DNA of 63,134 nt, filler included, from Octopus bimaculoides (GCF_001194135.2; 11 parts of 9 records of this genome joined end to end with filler, not necessarily neighbours in it), one strand, 5' to 3'; positions 24,626 through 37,288 are shown, numbered from the whole stretch's first letter. Program-made: numbers and translations. Notes: generated by a model not told the origin, from the sequence alone.

Positions 24626-25269
24626 TTGACCAACCTCTTATTAATCTTCATTTATGAAGACAAGCCAATATACATACATACGTCCACCCATCCATCCATA
24701 CGTACATACATGCTTGCATACATACATCCTCATTTTTCTTCAAGTGTTTTCACAAATCCCTCAATAAAATATTTTCCTTCATTGTTTACAACTTATTGCT
24801 AACATTCCACCAGTTGATAAATTCCTTGATGTTAGATGTAACCTGGTCATGGCTTAAAGAATGCATTGAGCCATGATTTCAGCCCCATTCCTCCATGAGC
24901 CCCAATGTTTGATAAGTGGGGGATAGTGACGCGTGCCTGACATCAGCCATATTGCCTCCATGAGGCCCATTTGTTATAAGAAATAATGATACTCTCTCGT
25001 AAGTGGTTCTTTAGTCATGTTGGAACCCTAAATGGGCAAGTGTGAGTGACCATGCCATTTTTTGTATTAGAACCTACCTTGGATCAACAGGAAATTCGAT
25101 CCGAAAGAGATGTACGGTCCACAGACAACAAATTTCATCCCCACAATATTGCCAAATATACCTCAGTCAACACATTGACGAATGTGCACAATGAATACAA
25201 CCACAATTCGAAAGTTTCCCAATTTATCCACTTGCCTTGTGGACCTTAACGCAAGTAAGACTATATAAA

Positions 25270-25420
25270 GAAGCCTCATTCATCACTCCAAACAGCATGA
25301 TGCTGATTGGATGTTTGATTTTTATCACTTTTGGTACATGTCCTCAGACTGACACCCAAACACCCTGAAATGAATCTTTCGTTGCGAATGCCAAGCAGTC
25401 CAGCATGTCGTTTCCAAATT
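25270..25420 (-). mobile_element. Tc1/mariner-superfamily transposase fragment
   Basis: Minus strand IKHPISIMLFGVM; homologous to 31270-31380. Confidence 0.6.
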
Positions 25421-25970
25421 TTTCTTACAGACGGTGCACAACTCATCCTACAATACTGTGTAGTCGACAAAATTAAAAAGCAAATAATGTGCATGCGCGA
25501 AATTAAAAGTATAAAATGGCGATAATTTACCCATCGCGCGCTGTATATTTCTATGCATATTTTAAAATGTGTAAGTAAACCCGGAGGATGTAAATTACGA
25601 GGGAGAGCAAACATATAGGTCAATTTTCGGCCAATTGTTTAGAGCATATATTATTAGTATGAATAAAATATAATTACAGTTATTATAAAAGACTTATATG
25701 GTCGTTCTTCTCCGTAACTCACATCCTTTGAGTTTGTTTACAAATTTCAACAATGTATATACTAGACTAAAATAATCTATATATTACAATTGGCTGAAAT
25801 TAGTAGTTAGGGTATGTCGATGAACTGAGTGCGTACGGAGCCATGTAAGCACTTCTGCCGTGTTCACTTCCCAGTGTTTCAGCCCATCTTTTTTCGGCCA
25901 GTTGCTTAGGTTTAGTTACTGTAAATGGAGCATATAGTATTAGTATAAATAATATATAATTATATTTCTG

Positions 25971-26202
25971 ATTTCTTTATTGCCCACAAGGGGATAAACA
26001 TAGAGGGGACAAACAAGGACAGACAAAGGGATTAAGTCGATTACATTGACCCCAGTGCGTAACTAGTATTTAATTTATCGACCCCGAAAGGATGAAAAGC
26101 AAAGTCGACCTCTGCGGAATTTGAACTCAGAACGTAACGGCAGATGAAATACGGCTAAGCATTTCGCTCGGCGTGCTAACGTTTCTGCCAGCTCGCCGGC
26201 TT
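25971..26202 (-). mobile_element. tRNA-derived SINE (family B), near full length
   Basis: Minus strand gcgagctggcagaaacgttagcacgccg...tctgagttcaaattcc (B box)...; homologous to 30047-30243 and 50875-51065. Confidence 0.8.
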
Positions 26203-26637
26203 CATGGATATTATATTTCTATGTATGTATAAATAATAGATGTGTGTATAACTTTGTATAATATTATATTTTATTATTTTCGATGCTATATTTCCAGACG
26301 TAGTTTTGTCGCTATCTCGCTATTGATAACATATTGCCGCTATTTTTGATTGTGCTGTTGTTTAGGTCGGTTTTCGATCTATCTATCTCTCTCTCATACT
26401 CTCCAGTCTTGTGTATCTATGTGTCTATGTACTTATGTGTGTATATGTGTGTATATATCTATGGAGATATATATAGAGAGAGATGCATATTCGTATAGAT
26501 CTATGTGTGTGTGTTTGTGTGTGCGTTTGTGTATGTGTTTGTGTGTGGGGGATTTAATTTTAATGTGTTGAAAATAAGTTAATATTTAATGTAATCATTA
26601 TGTCGATGTCTGCGATGTTTCTATCTTCTCCTTTCAG

Positions 26638-26723
26638 GCGTCAACTTGACGCTTTGACCACCTTAATAACCCAGGGCAGCGACGTCAACAGGAAAGATAT
26701 CAATGGCTATACTCCTCTCCATT
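26638..26723 (+). CDS. Ankyrin-repeat protein, next exon (starts in phase 2; truncated by gap)
   Basis: Acceptor ttctatcttctcctttcag|G completes the GG|G codon from the 22049 exon. Encodes RQLDALTTLITQGSDVNRKDINGYTPLH. Confidence 0.88.
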
Positions 26724-26831
26724 NNNNNNNNNNNNNNNNNNNNNNNNNNNNNNNNNNNNNNNNNNNNTTAATTAATTAANNNNNNNNNNNNNNNNNNNNN
26801 NNNNNNNNNNNNNNNNNNNNNNNGTGTGTGT

Positions 26832-26867
<36 letters not shown>

Positions 26868-27025
26868 CTCAATCTCTCTCTCTCTCTCTCTCTCCCTTTC
26901 TTTCATTATCTCTCTCCCACACTGCCTGTCTGTCTGTTTCTTTCTTTATCTGTCTCTGTCTCTCTCTATCTCTGCCTTACTGTCACAGTGTTTAGATAAT
27001 TCACTCTGTGTATGCATATATCAAT

Positions 27026-27122
<97 letters not shown>
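27026..27122. repeat. (GATA)n-(GATT)n microsatellite
   Basis: Direct inspection. Confidence 0.9.
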
Positions 27123-28552
27123 CAAAGCGCTAGATGGATGAAAAGATAGATATATACATACATATGCTCACATGACACATGTTAAACCAATGACACTCAA
27201 ATATCTACCTGCCTATCCAAATATCTATTTGTATAATTACTAACATATCTATCTTTCTATCTCATTGAACGGTTTAGAGACAAAACTTTTCCTCTCTGGC
27301 CAACCTCTCAACTTGTTCAGGTATTACTTGAAAAGTAAGGGAGCATAGAGAGGAAGGTTTTGTCCGATGAAAAGTTTAGCAAAAGGCGGGTTAATATGGC
27401 AAGGATGGTACGCATGAATGACGGAACTAGCTTGAGCATGACCCTACAAAACGAAGAGCGCTTTGCTCTGGTGTTATTTTTTTTCCGAGGTTACCGTGGT
27501 CCTTTTTCGTAGGATTTTCCTTCAACGGATAAACCTAGTGAATGTTACATTTATTCTCCCTTTTGGGAACTCTAATTGTTAAAAATGACACTTTTGTTAT
27601 TTCCTTGTGTGCACGACCCAAAATGTTTTCGATCCCTTTTGATCGTTTTCGAAAAGAAAAATTCTACATTGTATTGTCCCCTCTCTGTTCGACCCAGCAT
27701 GGCTAATAAAGAAATCTAAGTCTCTAACTATTAATTTATTTATTTGTATACCTGTATATCAACACACACGTGCGCGCGCGCAAACACACACGCACACGTA
27801 TTAACCTATCTCATTTATATACCTCGTTATGTATATTTCACCCTAACAATTTTTTTTGCCCGCTCCCTCTCAGTATCTTGACATTTCCATTTCATCTATA
27901 CATCTCTGCATCTATCTATCTTGTTATCTTGCTACATAGCTATCTCTGCCTATCTATCGATTAATCAATTTATTTATCTATCTATCTATCCATCGAGCGA
28001 TCAATCTATCTATTTATCTATTTCTCCGTCTATATAACTACATATATATATATATATTCATCACCTGCTCATCGATCTATATATCTTCAACCTACCCATA
28101 TATCTATCCATGTATCATATCATCTAATTTGTAACTTCTTTACCATCCTTACAAGATCTCCTCGCTAACAATTAACTCCTACCCCATCTCTCCCTTCTAC
28201 AATGCTTCTCTCAACATCCCCTACACCAACCAACTCCCATTATCACCCCCCTACCTTTAGCTTCCATCCGTAACATTCTCTCCTTTCTCTTACCACTCCA
28301 ACCCCTTCTCTAACATATTCTATTCTTTGTCATCTCCTCCCACAACCCCCCTCGCATCTTACCATTTCATACCTCCTACCTTTTCTCTCCCCCCCCCGTT
28401 CTTATCCTATCACCTCCCACTCATCTCCACCCACTCCTACTTCCTTTTACTTCCTCTTGCTCAATTCATTTGTGGTCATTTATTTTTTAATTAAAAAGTT
28501 TCATTGTCTGATGCCAATTGTCTTTTGTATCACTCCGTCTTATTCCTCTTTC

Positions 28553-28601
<49 letters not shown>

Positions 28602-28889
28602 ACTTTTACAATTCTCTCTCTTTCTCTCAGTTTGTCTCATTTTCTCTCCGTCGCCCTCTCTCTCACAACTGTGTTTCTCTTTGTCTCCTTCTCTCTCACT
28701 TGCATTCAATTATCTCTGCGTCAATCTTCCTGTCTCTGTCTCTATGTCTTTTTATACCTTTCACGCTCTCTCTTTCTCTCGCTTTTATTATCTCATTCGG
28801 CGTTTAGATCCTCATTCTCTCTGCCACCATTTAACTGTCTGGCTTTCTTATTGTCTCATACTCTCCCTCCGTCTATCATACTCATACTC

Positions 28890-28904
28890 TCCATCTATTT
28901 ATCC

Positions 28905-28943
<39 letters not shown>

Positions 28944-28952
28944 CATCCATCC

Positions 28953-29006
<54 letters not shown>

Positions 29007-29028
29007 ATATCTATCTATCTTTATATAT
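28890..29028. repeat. (TCTA/TCCA)n microsatellite
   Basis: Direct inspection. Confidence 0.9.
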
Positions 29029-30046
29029 NNNNNNNNNNNNNNNNNNNNNNNNNNNNNNNNNNNNNNNNNNNNTTAATTAATTAANNNNNNNNNNNNNNNN
29101 NNNNNNNNNNNNNNNNNNNNNNNNNNNNTGCTCTTCTGCACTTAGCTATGACTGTGTAATGTGACTGTGGCTAGACCAGTTGATTGATATTGTTTCTGTG
29201 TGATTATGTTTATTCATGAATCTGTAGTGCATGGATCGGATAAATTAATAGAGAGGATGTTGTAGTATACAGCATATATGTGTGGTGGAAGCCAAGTCGA
29301 GACCGAGTAAAATCACTTCTGAACTCAGTATGTCTGTGAAAACATTCCGAAAAAGAAAGAAGTCCCTGTNNNNNNNNNNNNNNNNNNNNNNNNNNNNNNN
29401 NNNNNNNNNNNNNNNNNNNNNNNNNNNNNNNNNNNNNNNNNNNNNNNNNNNNNNNNNNNNNNNNTTTCTTTCCTTTTTCTTCTACGAGTTTAATATAACC
29501 TACGGTAACTAGGGAGTCCTTCACCCCCACTGATTAAGATGCTAATTAACCTGTACTTGGGACCGTAATACTTGCTAATATTACGAGCCACAGTAGATAT
29601 GAGATCAGCAGTGGCCGACAAGTGATTCGCGGTTCCTCAAAACACCGGAATATTTGTATCGCTCCCTGTAACAGATGAAGTTTCAAGTCATGTTCGCACT
29701 CAATGCACACGCCAATGAATAGANNNNNNNNNNATCGAAGAGGGACTCAGCTAAAGAAACATCCACAATTTTAAATCTATTATTTTATGAAATATAGATA
29801 TTTCGAGAACCATTAAAATCTGTAAAGAGCTGTGGATTTTGGGACTCAGTTCCACCCCACAAAGTAACAGTGTATTATATTTTTACAGCTTTCATCTGAT
29901 TTCTGTGTTTGAAAAAAACAAATGTAATTACCTTAAACAAGTAATTTCTGATGTAGTGTCTGTGCAATAATCATTCATAATAAAACATCATTATTCACAG
30001 GACAAATGATGGACAGAAATGACTCCCAATATTACATACCAACTCG

Positions 30047-30243
30047 AAGGCGGTGAGCTGGCAGAATCTTTACCACACCGGGCCAAATGTTAAGAGGCAT
30101 TTCTGTTCATCTTTACGATCTGAGTTCATAATTGACCCAGGTTGATTTTACCTTTCATCCTTTTGGGGTCGATTAAATAAGTACCAATTGACAGACCGTC
30201 CCACCAAATTTTTGTCACCGTGCCAAAATTTGAAACCAATATT
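30047..30243 (+). mobile_element. tRNA-derived SINE (family B)
   Basis: aaggcggtgagctggcagaa...ctgagttcataatt...tttcatccttttggggtcgattaaataagtacc...gtgccaaaatttgaaacc. Confidence 0.75.
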
Positions 30244-30469
30244 ACTTAACCGCTCACAATAATATATATATATTAAATTCAAATTACGACAAACGTAAAT
30301 AAACAAAGTTTGCTCCTNNNNNNNNNNNNNNNNNNNNNNNNNNNNNNNNNNNNNNNNNNNNNNNNNNNNNNNNNNNNNNNNNNNNNNNNNNNNNNNNNNN
30401 NNNNNNNNNNNNNNNNNNNNNNNNNNNNNNNNNNNNNNNNNNNNNNNNNNNNNNNNAGAAAAAAGTGTA

Positions 30470-30547
30470 GGTGGTTAGCTGTGAACTCGAACTCACATCT
30501 CCGTGAATACGCGTCACGATGCTCTTACCGATTGAGCTAATCTCCCC
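30470..30547 (-). pseudogene. tRNA-like pseudogene or SINE head (anticodon position reads CGT, Thr-like)
   Basis: D stem gctc/gagc, anticodon stem cgtga/tcacg with 7-nt loop cgcgtat, T arm tgtga-gttcgagt-tcaca. Acceptor stem poorly paired and U33 absent. A T6 run follows. Confidence 0.6.
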
Positions 30548-31089
30548 CGCTACAGATTTCTCTGNNNNNNNNNNNNNNNNNNNNNNNNNNNNNNNNNNNN
30601 NNNNNNNNNNNNNNNNNNNNNNNNNNNNNNNNNNNNNNNNNNNNNNNNNNNNNNNNNNNNNNNNNNNNNNNNNNNNNNNNNNNNNNNNNNNNNNNNNNNN
30701 NNNNNNNNNNNNNNNNNNNNNNNNNNNNNNNNNNNNNNNNNNNNNNNNNNNNNNNNNNNNNNNNNNNNNNNNNNNNNNNNNNNNNNNNNNNNNNNNNNNN
30801 NNNNNNNNNNNNNNNNNNNNNNNNNNNNNNNNNNNNNNNNNNNNNNNNNNNNNNNNNNNNNNNNNNNNNNNNNNNNNNNNNNNNNNNNNNNNNNNNNNNN
30901 NNNNNNNNNNNNNNNNNNNNNNNNNNNNNNNNNNNNNNNNNNNNNNNNNNNNNNNTGTGTGTGTGTGTGTGTGTGTGTGTGCGTGCGGTAAATAAACTCT
31001 CGTCTAAATTACGCAAAATTTAAGATACCACTGACATCTCATTTTAAGTTATATTTACAAAATTTACATAAATATATCTTGAAATACTA

Positions 31090-31380
31090 AAAGTAAATTT
31101 ATCCTAATGAAATCGGCATTCGCTTCAACCATGGCCTTCAATGTTCTTTAGAATCTTCTGCAACTCTTCTGGACGGTCTCCCTGTTTACGTTGGTGAATG
31201 CTGGTGAATCATTGCTTCAGTTCATCGTTGGTCTTACAAGGAGTTGATGAATGGAGGCATAATGTCGAATCACTAGTGACCACTCCAAACACCATGATGT
31301 TGACTGGATGTTTATACTTCTGGTTACATGTCCTCAGGTTGCACTATCCTCAGATTTGCACTCAAACACTCTAAAAGAAA
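31090..31380 (-). mobile_element. Internally deleted Tc1/mariner-superfamily transposon remnant
   Basis: KHPVNIMVFGVVTSD is joined almost directly to the C-terminal AFTNVNRETVQKSCRRF. Confidence 0.7.
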
Positions 31381-31389
31381 TGTGGACTA

Positions 31390-31731
31390 CCATTGTATAC
31401 TTGAATCTGAAGGGAAAATAATTTTATATAGGCTCTACCAAAATTAATATTAAAATTTGCAGAGATTTAAAAATACACAAAAAATTAACTCCACCAAATT
31501 AAGTAAGTTCATAAGGGAATTAAAAGATAATAACAATGAATTTGAAATTGAATGGGATATTATTGCTCACACAATGGCTTAAAACATCAATAACAAGAAA
31601 TGTAACATGTGCACCGAAAGAGCTTTTAAAAGGCTTATTTCAAAACGAAAAGAGGAAAACTTAACTTACGTAATGAGAAAAATATTTCGTGCATTCACAG
31701 GCTGAAATATGTGATCTCCAAATTTAAATAA
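31390..31731 (+). mobile_element. Penelope-like element GIY-YIG endonuclease remnant
   Basis: FYIGST, then NSTKLSKFIRELKDNNNEFEIEWDIIAH...NKKCNMC...ISCIHRLKY, with stops and frameshifts. Confidence 0.75.
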
Positions 31732-32495
31732 TAGATATATATCATAGGATAAAATAACTATATTATATAATATTTGTAACAATTGGAAATTAAGACATGA
31801 CTCTTATCTGGAAGAATTTATCTAAACACTTTGGAGTCTTTATTTCTGCTAATATAATTCTCTTCCTCCCAAATACTTACACCTGACTAGATTAATAATG
31901 ATGATTATAACCCTTTTATCCCCCATTATCGTTCCCTCCATGACCTCACATTAGTAATTACATTTACATACTCTTAGAAACCATTTAATAACGTTTAACC
32001 ATGCATATATTCATTGATAATCATTAACATATACATCTAATTGAAATTGATGTGTGTCCATTTATTTATGTCTATTCGTAACACTTTGCAATCCTTTTTT
32101 CCACTTACATATTTCCCTCCACCTACACATTTATACATAACTAAATGATATTAACTATGTTACTTAGAATATACAATGTATTTGTGTGTGCGCATGTGCG
32201 TGAGCATGTGCATGGGCATGTACGTGTGCGTTTATCATGTACAGTATTTTTTTCTCTGAACAGATAATAACAATGCTTTATAAGTGACCCACTGATCGTA
32301 TCGATCCCAATGCTTTATCAAATATTGATATGTTTGATGTGATAAGATGATGAACGGGAGAGCGATCTCTGAAAGAAAGGTCAAATACTTTCCCAGAACG
32401 ATTGAAGCGACAGGTTTTTGCCAGATATATTTTCACACACACACACACACACAGATACAAACGTGCAATTACGCATATACGATACNNNNNNNNNN

Positions 32496-32537
32496 GCTTT
32501 CACCAAGGAGGCCTAGGTTCGATTACCGGCATACGAA
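32496..32537 (+). pseudogene. tRNA-Glu(TTC)-like 3' half (5' part lost in gap)
   Basis: gctttcaccaaggaggcctaggttcgattaccggcatacgaa resembles the animal tRNA-Glu anticodon loop CT-TTC-AC, variable loop and T arm. The T stem is mismatched. Confidence 0.55.
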
Positions 32538-32547
32538 CACAATTACA

Positions 32548-32705
32548 GACTTAGGCATAGCTGCGTGTTTAAGAAGGTCGCTTTCTTAGCAATCACTTGG
32601 TTTCTTGTTCTTTCCCACTGTGTGGCACTTTCATTAAGTGTCTTGTAATATAGCCCCGGGTTGACCAGTGTATTGTGAATGAATTTGATTGTGGGAAACT
32701 GTAGG
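32548..32705 (+). mobile_element. Degenerate SINE (family C)
   Basis: cccactgtgtggcac...aagtgtcttg..tatagccccggg..gacc...gtgaatgaatttg...ggaaactg matches 18806-18915. Confidence 0.65.
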
Positions 32706-33773
32706 TCAGATTATCGAGTTTATGGATTGGGTTAATCTTATTTACTCATCCTATCTGGAAGAGAAAATGCGATTAACACAATTCCGATTACATTATGCAG
32801 ATTATCCAGTCAGATCATTCCGTCATATAGGAAAGTCTGAGCAGAAGTCCTTCCAAATCCCATCATTTGCCTAAGGTCACACTGCAGTCACCCNNNNNNN
32901 NNNAAGTCCTTCCAAATCCCATCATTTGCCTAAGGTCACACTGCAGTCACCCACTAATACTAATGAATGGGATTTACCCAGAATGATCTTGAGCATTCTT
33001 GAAGATGTCTGGGTAGCTTTACTTACTTCGGGCAGAGAACAGGCTACCTTCAAGGCATTACCTTAACTGCCACTTACATTTCAATCAACTGATTCGCNNN
33101 NNNNNNNNNNNNNNNNNNNNNNNNNNNNNNNNNNNNNNNNNNNNNNNNNNNNNNNNNNNNNNNNNNNNNNNNNNNNNNNNNNNNNNNNNNNNNNNNNNNN
33201 NNNNNNNNNNNNNNNNNNNNNNNNNNNNNNTTTACTCAGCATTCCTTCCACTTTTATAAAACATGACAACTAAAAGATGTTAACATCTGATCGAATGAAA
33301 TACTAATTAACCCATAATTGAGATCCTGACGTGTCCTTCTACTTCGGATTAGAATAGGCATTGGAAGAACACTGGCTAAAAGTTGATTCCAAACTCGTGA
33401 AAACCCTGCAAATCCCCAAGTAGGGCCGACTACTGGAAGCACTTTGAAATCATACCCAATAACTGCGCCTTTACTAAGAACCTTAATTTATTTTAATTTT
33501 TCTATTCTAGATTGTAACACACATCCTTCTCCTCACACACAAACATTTTCCATCCTCTCATTTTACCTCTCTCTTCTTTTTCAGGAAATCTCTGTATTAT
33601 TCTCCAACTCCTTTCGTCTCTCTCTCCGTCTTTCTTTTCCCCCGTTCTCTCCGTATATATTTCCCCTTGTCTCTTTTCCGAATCTCTTCCAATCTCTCTT
33701 ATCCATTTTCTTTCTCTCTTTCATGCCATTCCTTCCCATCTTCTGTCTCCCTGTCGTAATCTTAGAGACAAAG

Positions 33774-34104
33774 ATGTCCCTATATCCTCTTACCCTTCCC
33801 ACTGCTGTAATAGTGCTGCTGTTAACATTTACAACAATTCCGGCTGTTACTTCTGGTGAGGAATTTGATGAATGTTTCTACGAACCTTTGCCTTCTGGCT
33901 ACTGTTATGATTACCTTCAGATAAATCCATCGGAAAAATTCTATAAGAGAGGAAGTCTAGTGGAATGTGCCGGCGTCGCTCTAAGCAGCCAATCAGAATT
34001 CTTTACTTACAACAACGTCAGCCATGTTTGTAAGAATTACTCGCCGAAAAATTTGATGACAGTCGTCAGCACGAATGACAGCAACCAGATTTCCTTCTTT
34101 AAAA
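33774..34104 (+). CDS. First coding exon of a putative secreted protein (signal peptide plus PAN/apple-like cysteine motif)
   Basis: Acceptor cttag| at 33765, ATG at 33774, hydrophobic MSLYPLTLPTAVIVLLLTFTTIPAVTS, then C..C...SLVECA...FFTYNNVSHVCKNYS. Strong donor A|gtaagt at 34104 (phase 1). The domain call is inference. Confidence 0.75.
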
Positions 34105-35471
34105 GTAAGTGAAGCTTCTTATTACTACTGTTCTTCTCGCGTATGTTTTTCTTTTACTTTCCACGGTAGGATAAATGTACCAACTGAACACTGGCGTTGG
34201 TGTAATCTACTTACTTCTCNNNNNNNNNNATAAATGTACCAACTGAACACTGGCGTTGGTGTAATCTACTTACTTCTCTATCCTCGAAATAGCTAGAATT
34301 GTGCCAAAATTTGAAATTAATATTATTGTTCTTGCTACTGTTTGCGTTGCTGCTGCTTTTGGTGTTGTTGTTGTTATTGTTGCTGTTGTTGTTGTTGTGT
34401 TGTTACTGCTGCAGTTAAATCACCATAACTCTGCTTTCGTTGATATCTACCTCTCTTGTCTTAGTATATTCCGTCTGACAGATTCTGTATTTGATTTCTT
34501 CGATTTCTAATTCTGTTAAACAGCATTTCATTGTTATCTGCCTTTCTTTTTCACTTAGTCTCTGTCGAGTTACACCAAACATTCCCTTTTCAAACCATAT
34601 CTCTCTCGTTCTGTCCAATGTAGCCAAATATGCCATTTTAACTTCNNNNNNNNNNNNNNNNNNNNNNNNNNNNNNNNNNNNNNNNNNNNNNNNNNNNNNN
34701 NNNNNNNNNNNNNNNNNNNNNNNNNNNNNNNNNNNNNNNNNNNNNNNNNNNNNNNNNNNNNNNNNNNNNNNNNNNNNNNNNNNNNNNNNNNNNNNNNNNN
34801 NNNNNNNNNNNNNNNNNNNNNNNNNNNNNNNNNNNNNNNNNNNNNNNNNNNNNNNNNNNNNNNNNNNNNNNNNNNNNNNNNNNNNNNNNNNNNNNNNNNN
34901 NNNNNNNNNNNNNNNNNNNNNNNNNNNNNNNNNNNNNNNNNNNNNNNNNNNNNNNNNNNNNNNNNNNNNNNNNNNNNNNNNNNNNNNNNNNNNNNNNNNN
35001 NNNNNNNNNNNNNNNNNNNNNNNNNNNNNNNNNNNNNNNNNNNTATAACCTGTGATTAATTATGATAAAGAGTAACCTCATTATTCCCAGATGGAGGCGC
35101 CACAAACAGGTACAGTTTAACATAATACCTAGGATAATAATAATCATTATTATTCATATACACACAACAGATTAGACTGTTGGAACAGAATAATTCATAG
35201 CATCGGTCCACAACAAATAGTCGTAGATGCCAAGAACCCCCCTAAGCTTCCTGGCTGTCCTTTAGAACTGTTTTCTGGAGTTGTACCATACATGGTTTTA
35301 TGTCTATATCCTCTTTCCATCCGTTTAAATCTTCAAGGATATATTATTATCAAATCATTATTATTATTATTNNNNNNNNNNNNNNNNNNNNNNNNNNNNN
35401 NNNNNNNNNNNNNNNTTAATTAATTAANNNNNNNNNNNNNNNNNNNNNNNNNNNNNNNNNNNNNNNNNNNN

Positions 35472-35517
<46 letters not shown>

Positions 35518-35526
35518 ATTATATTA

Positions 35527-36365
35527 TACGGGGTGCATTCCAGAAGTTTTGAGAGACTTTTAGGGGAGGCATTTATAACTGTCCGATATTGCTGTAATTT
35601 TAGCAAGTCATTTTTGTACATGTAATAAGCTGATCTTCTAGATTGAATGAGAAGCCTGTGGAAGTACTTTGAACACACCCTATTAAACATTACTTGTCAC
35701 AAGTGACTGGGTTGCAGAATTTAGTGGGCAACTGTAGACAATTTGGAAGCTCACTGTACAATAAATTTTTATGTTAAACTGAGCAAAAACGCCACGAAAA
35801 CTTATGAAATGCTTTAGGTTGATAATAGCTTAACTCGTATGAACCGAGCACGTTTTTCTCTGGCACAAGTGGCTTAGCAAGGCAAGTTCACCGGGAAGCT
35901 CTTAATGATCCCCTTTCTCAAGAGCAAGGTATCATATAAATCCACTTAGCCAGAAAGTCAAGAGAGAGTACTTGGTGGAGTTTTTGAGGGACTTCAGGAA
36001 TCGATTTCGTTGCAAAAGAACATTGTGCCTTCACCAGAACAACGCACTAGTCCACTGTTCAATCCTGGTAAACAATTAATTGACAGAGATGAGCATCAAA
36101 ATTGTCTCTCACACTCCCTACAGTCCAAACCTTTCTCCCTGTGACTTCTGGTTGACCCCCGAACTGAAGGAGACAGTAACAAGGATCCTGGACACTTTCA
36201 CTTTGGGAGGATTCCTAAGGAGCCTTCATGAAGTGGTTGGAGCACTACAACAAGCGCATTGAAGTCAGAAGATTCTATAGCGAAGGAGATTATGGTTTCA
36301 TGCTTCTTTGAAATTAATAAATGTACCTCCTAAAATCTCTCAAAATTCCCGAAATGCAACTTGTA
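35527..36365 (+). mobile_element. Mariner-like DNA transposon, internally deleted, both TIRs recognisable
   Basis: Left tacggggtgcattccagaagttttgagaga pairs imperfectly with right tctctcaaaattcccgaaatgcaacttgta, with TA at both ends. Encodes KLSKNATKTYEML and HTPYSPNLSPCDFWL. Confidence 0.8.
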
Positions 36366-37261
36366 TATATATACACATACATATATACACATACATGAAT
36401 ATATATATGTATACATATTTATGTAAATGTGTGCGTGTGCACGCACGCATGTGTGTTTGTGCGTGCATTTGGAAACTGCTGTTACTCATGTAACGTGCTA
36501 ATTGTTTTAGGTGCCTGTGTAGTCGCAAGAAAGCAATTCTTCGGCCTTCCCACTCTAAATCCAGGATGTAACATTCGGGTGCAAGAGCATTAAGGTGGGG
36601 CATTTCATTTAGATATAACTGTATTCTAATTTTATTTATTCATCTTATCGATTATTTTTAATAGTGGTTTATGCGAAACAGTAAATATCCTATCTCAATC
36701 ATCAATGCTTCTGAACCTTCTTAGTTCCTCACGTGTGTTGATGCCTCTATATCGTAAGCAGTTTTAATGTGATTGCTGTAGGCATTAGCACTGTGATTTC
36801 GTGTTTTATCATTAGTTCTATACGATATCATTCAGAAGTTTCATTTTGAGACAAGTGTAGTTGTCTCTTGTTTGTTTTAGCATAGTACTGTGATACGTCT
36901 ATCGATCTTATTATTAATTGCTGGTTTTGTCAAGGAATCTGTAGCGTATATATATGAGTTGTCCACTTACGTTTTTCAACCTAGTTTGTTTTCTGTTGTG
37001 TGGTGTAAAGCAGTGCTACTTAAACTGGTGATCCGCGTACCGGTGCCGTTCCGCGAGCCACCAGCTTCCGATACGCGGCGAGTTTCCAGAAAAGAAAGTA
37101 ACATTATAAAATTTTTGTAGTATGCTTATAATATGCTTATGTAATATTGTATTATTTGTTCACAAAATAAATATAAGATAAAAAAAAGTTGTCAACTTTT
37201 ATTATATTTGTAACGTAGACTGGGCTGAAATTCCCTTCTCCCATTTATTATATATACATAC

Positions 37262-37288
37262 ATCCGAACGTAGCAGGGAACAGCTAGT
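37262..37288 (+). mobile_element. Possible Helitron-type 3' terminus
   Basis: ccgaacgtagcagggaacagCTAG|t ends in CTAG before T, but no clear subterminal hairpin is present. Confidence 0.25.
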
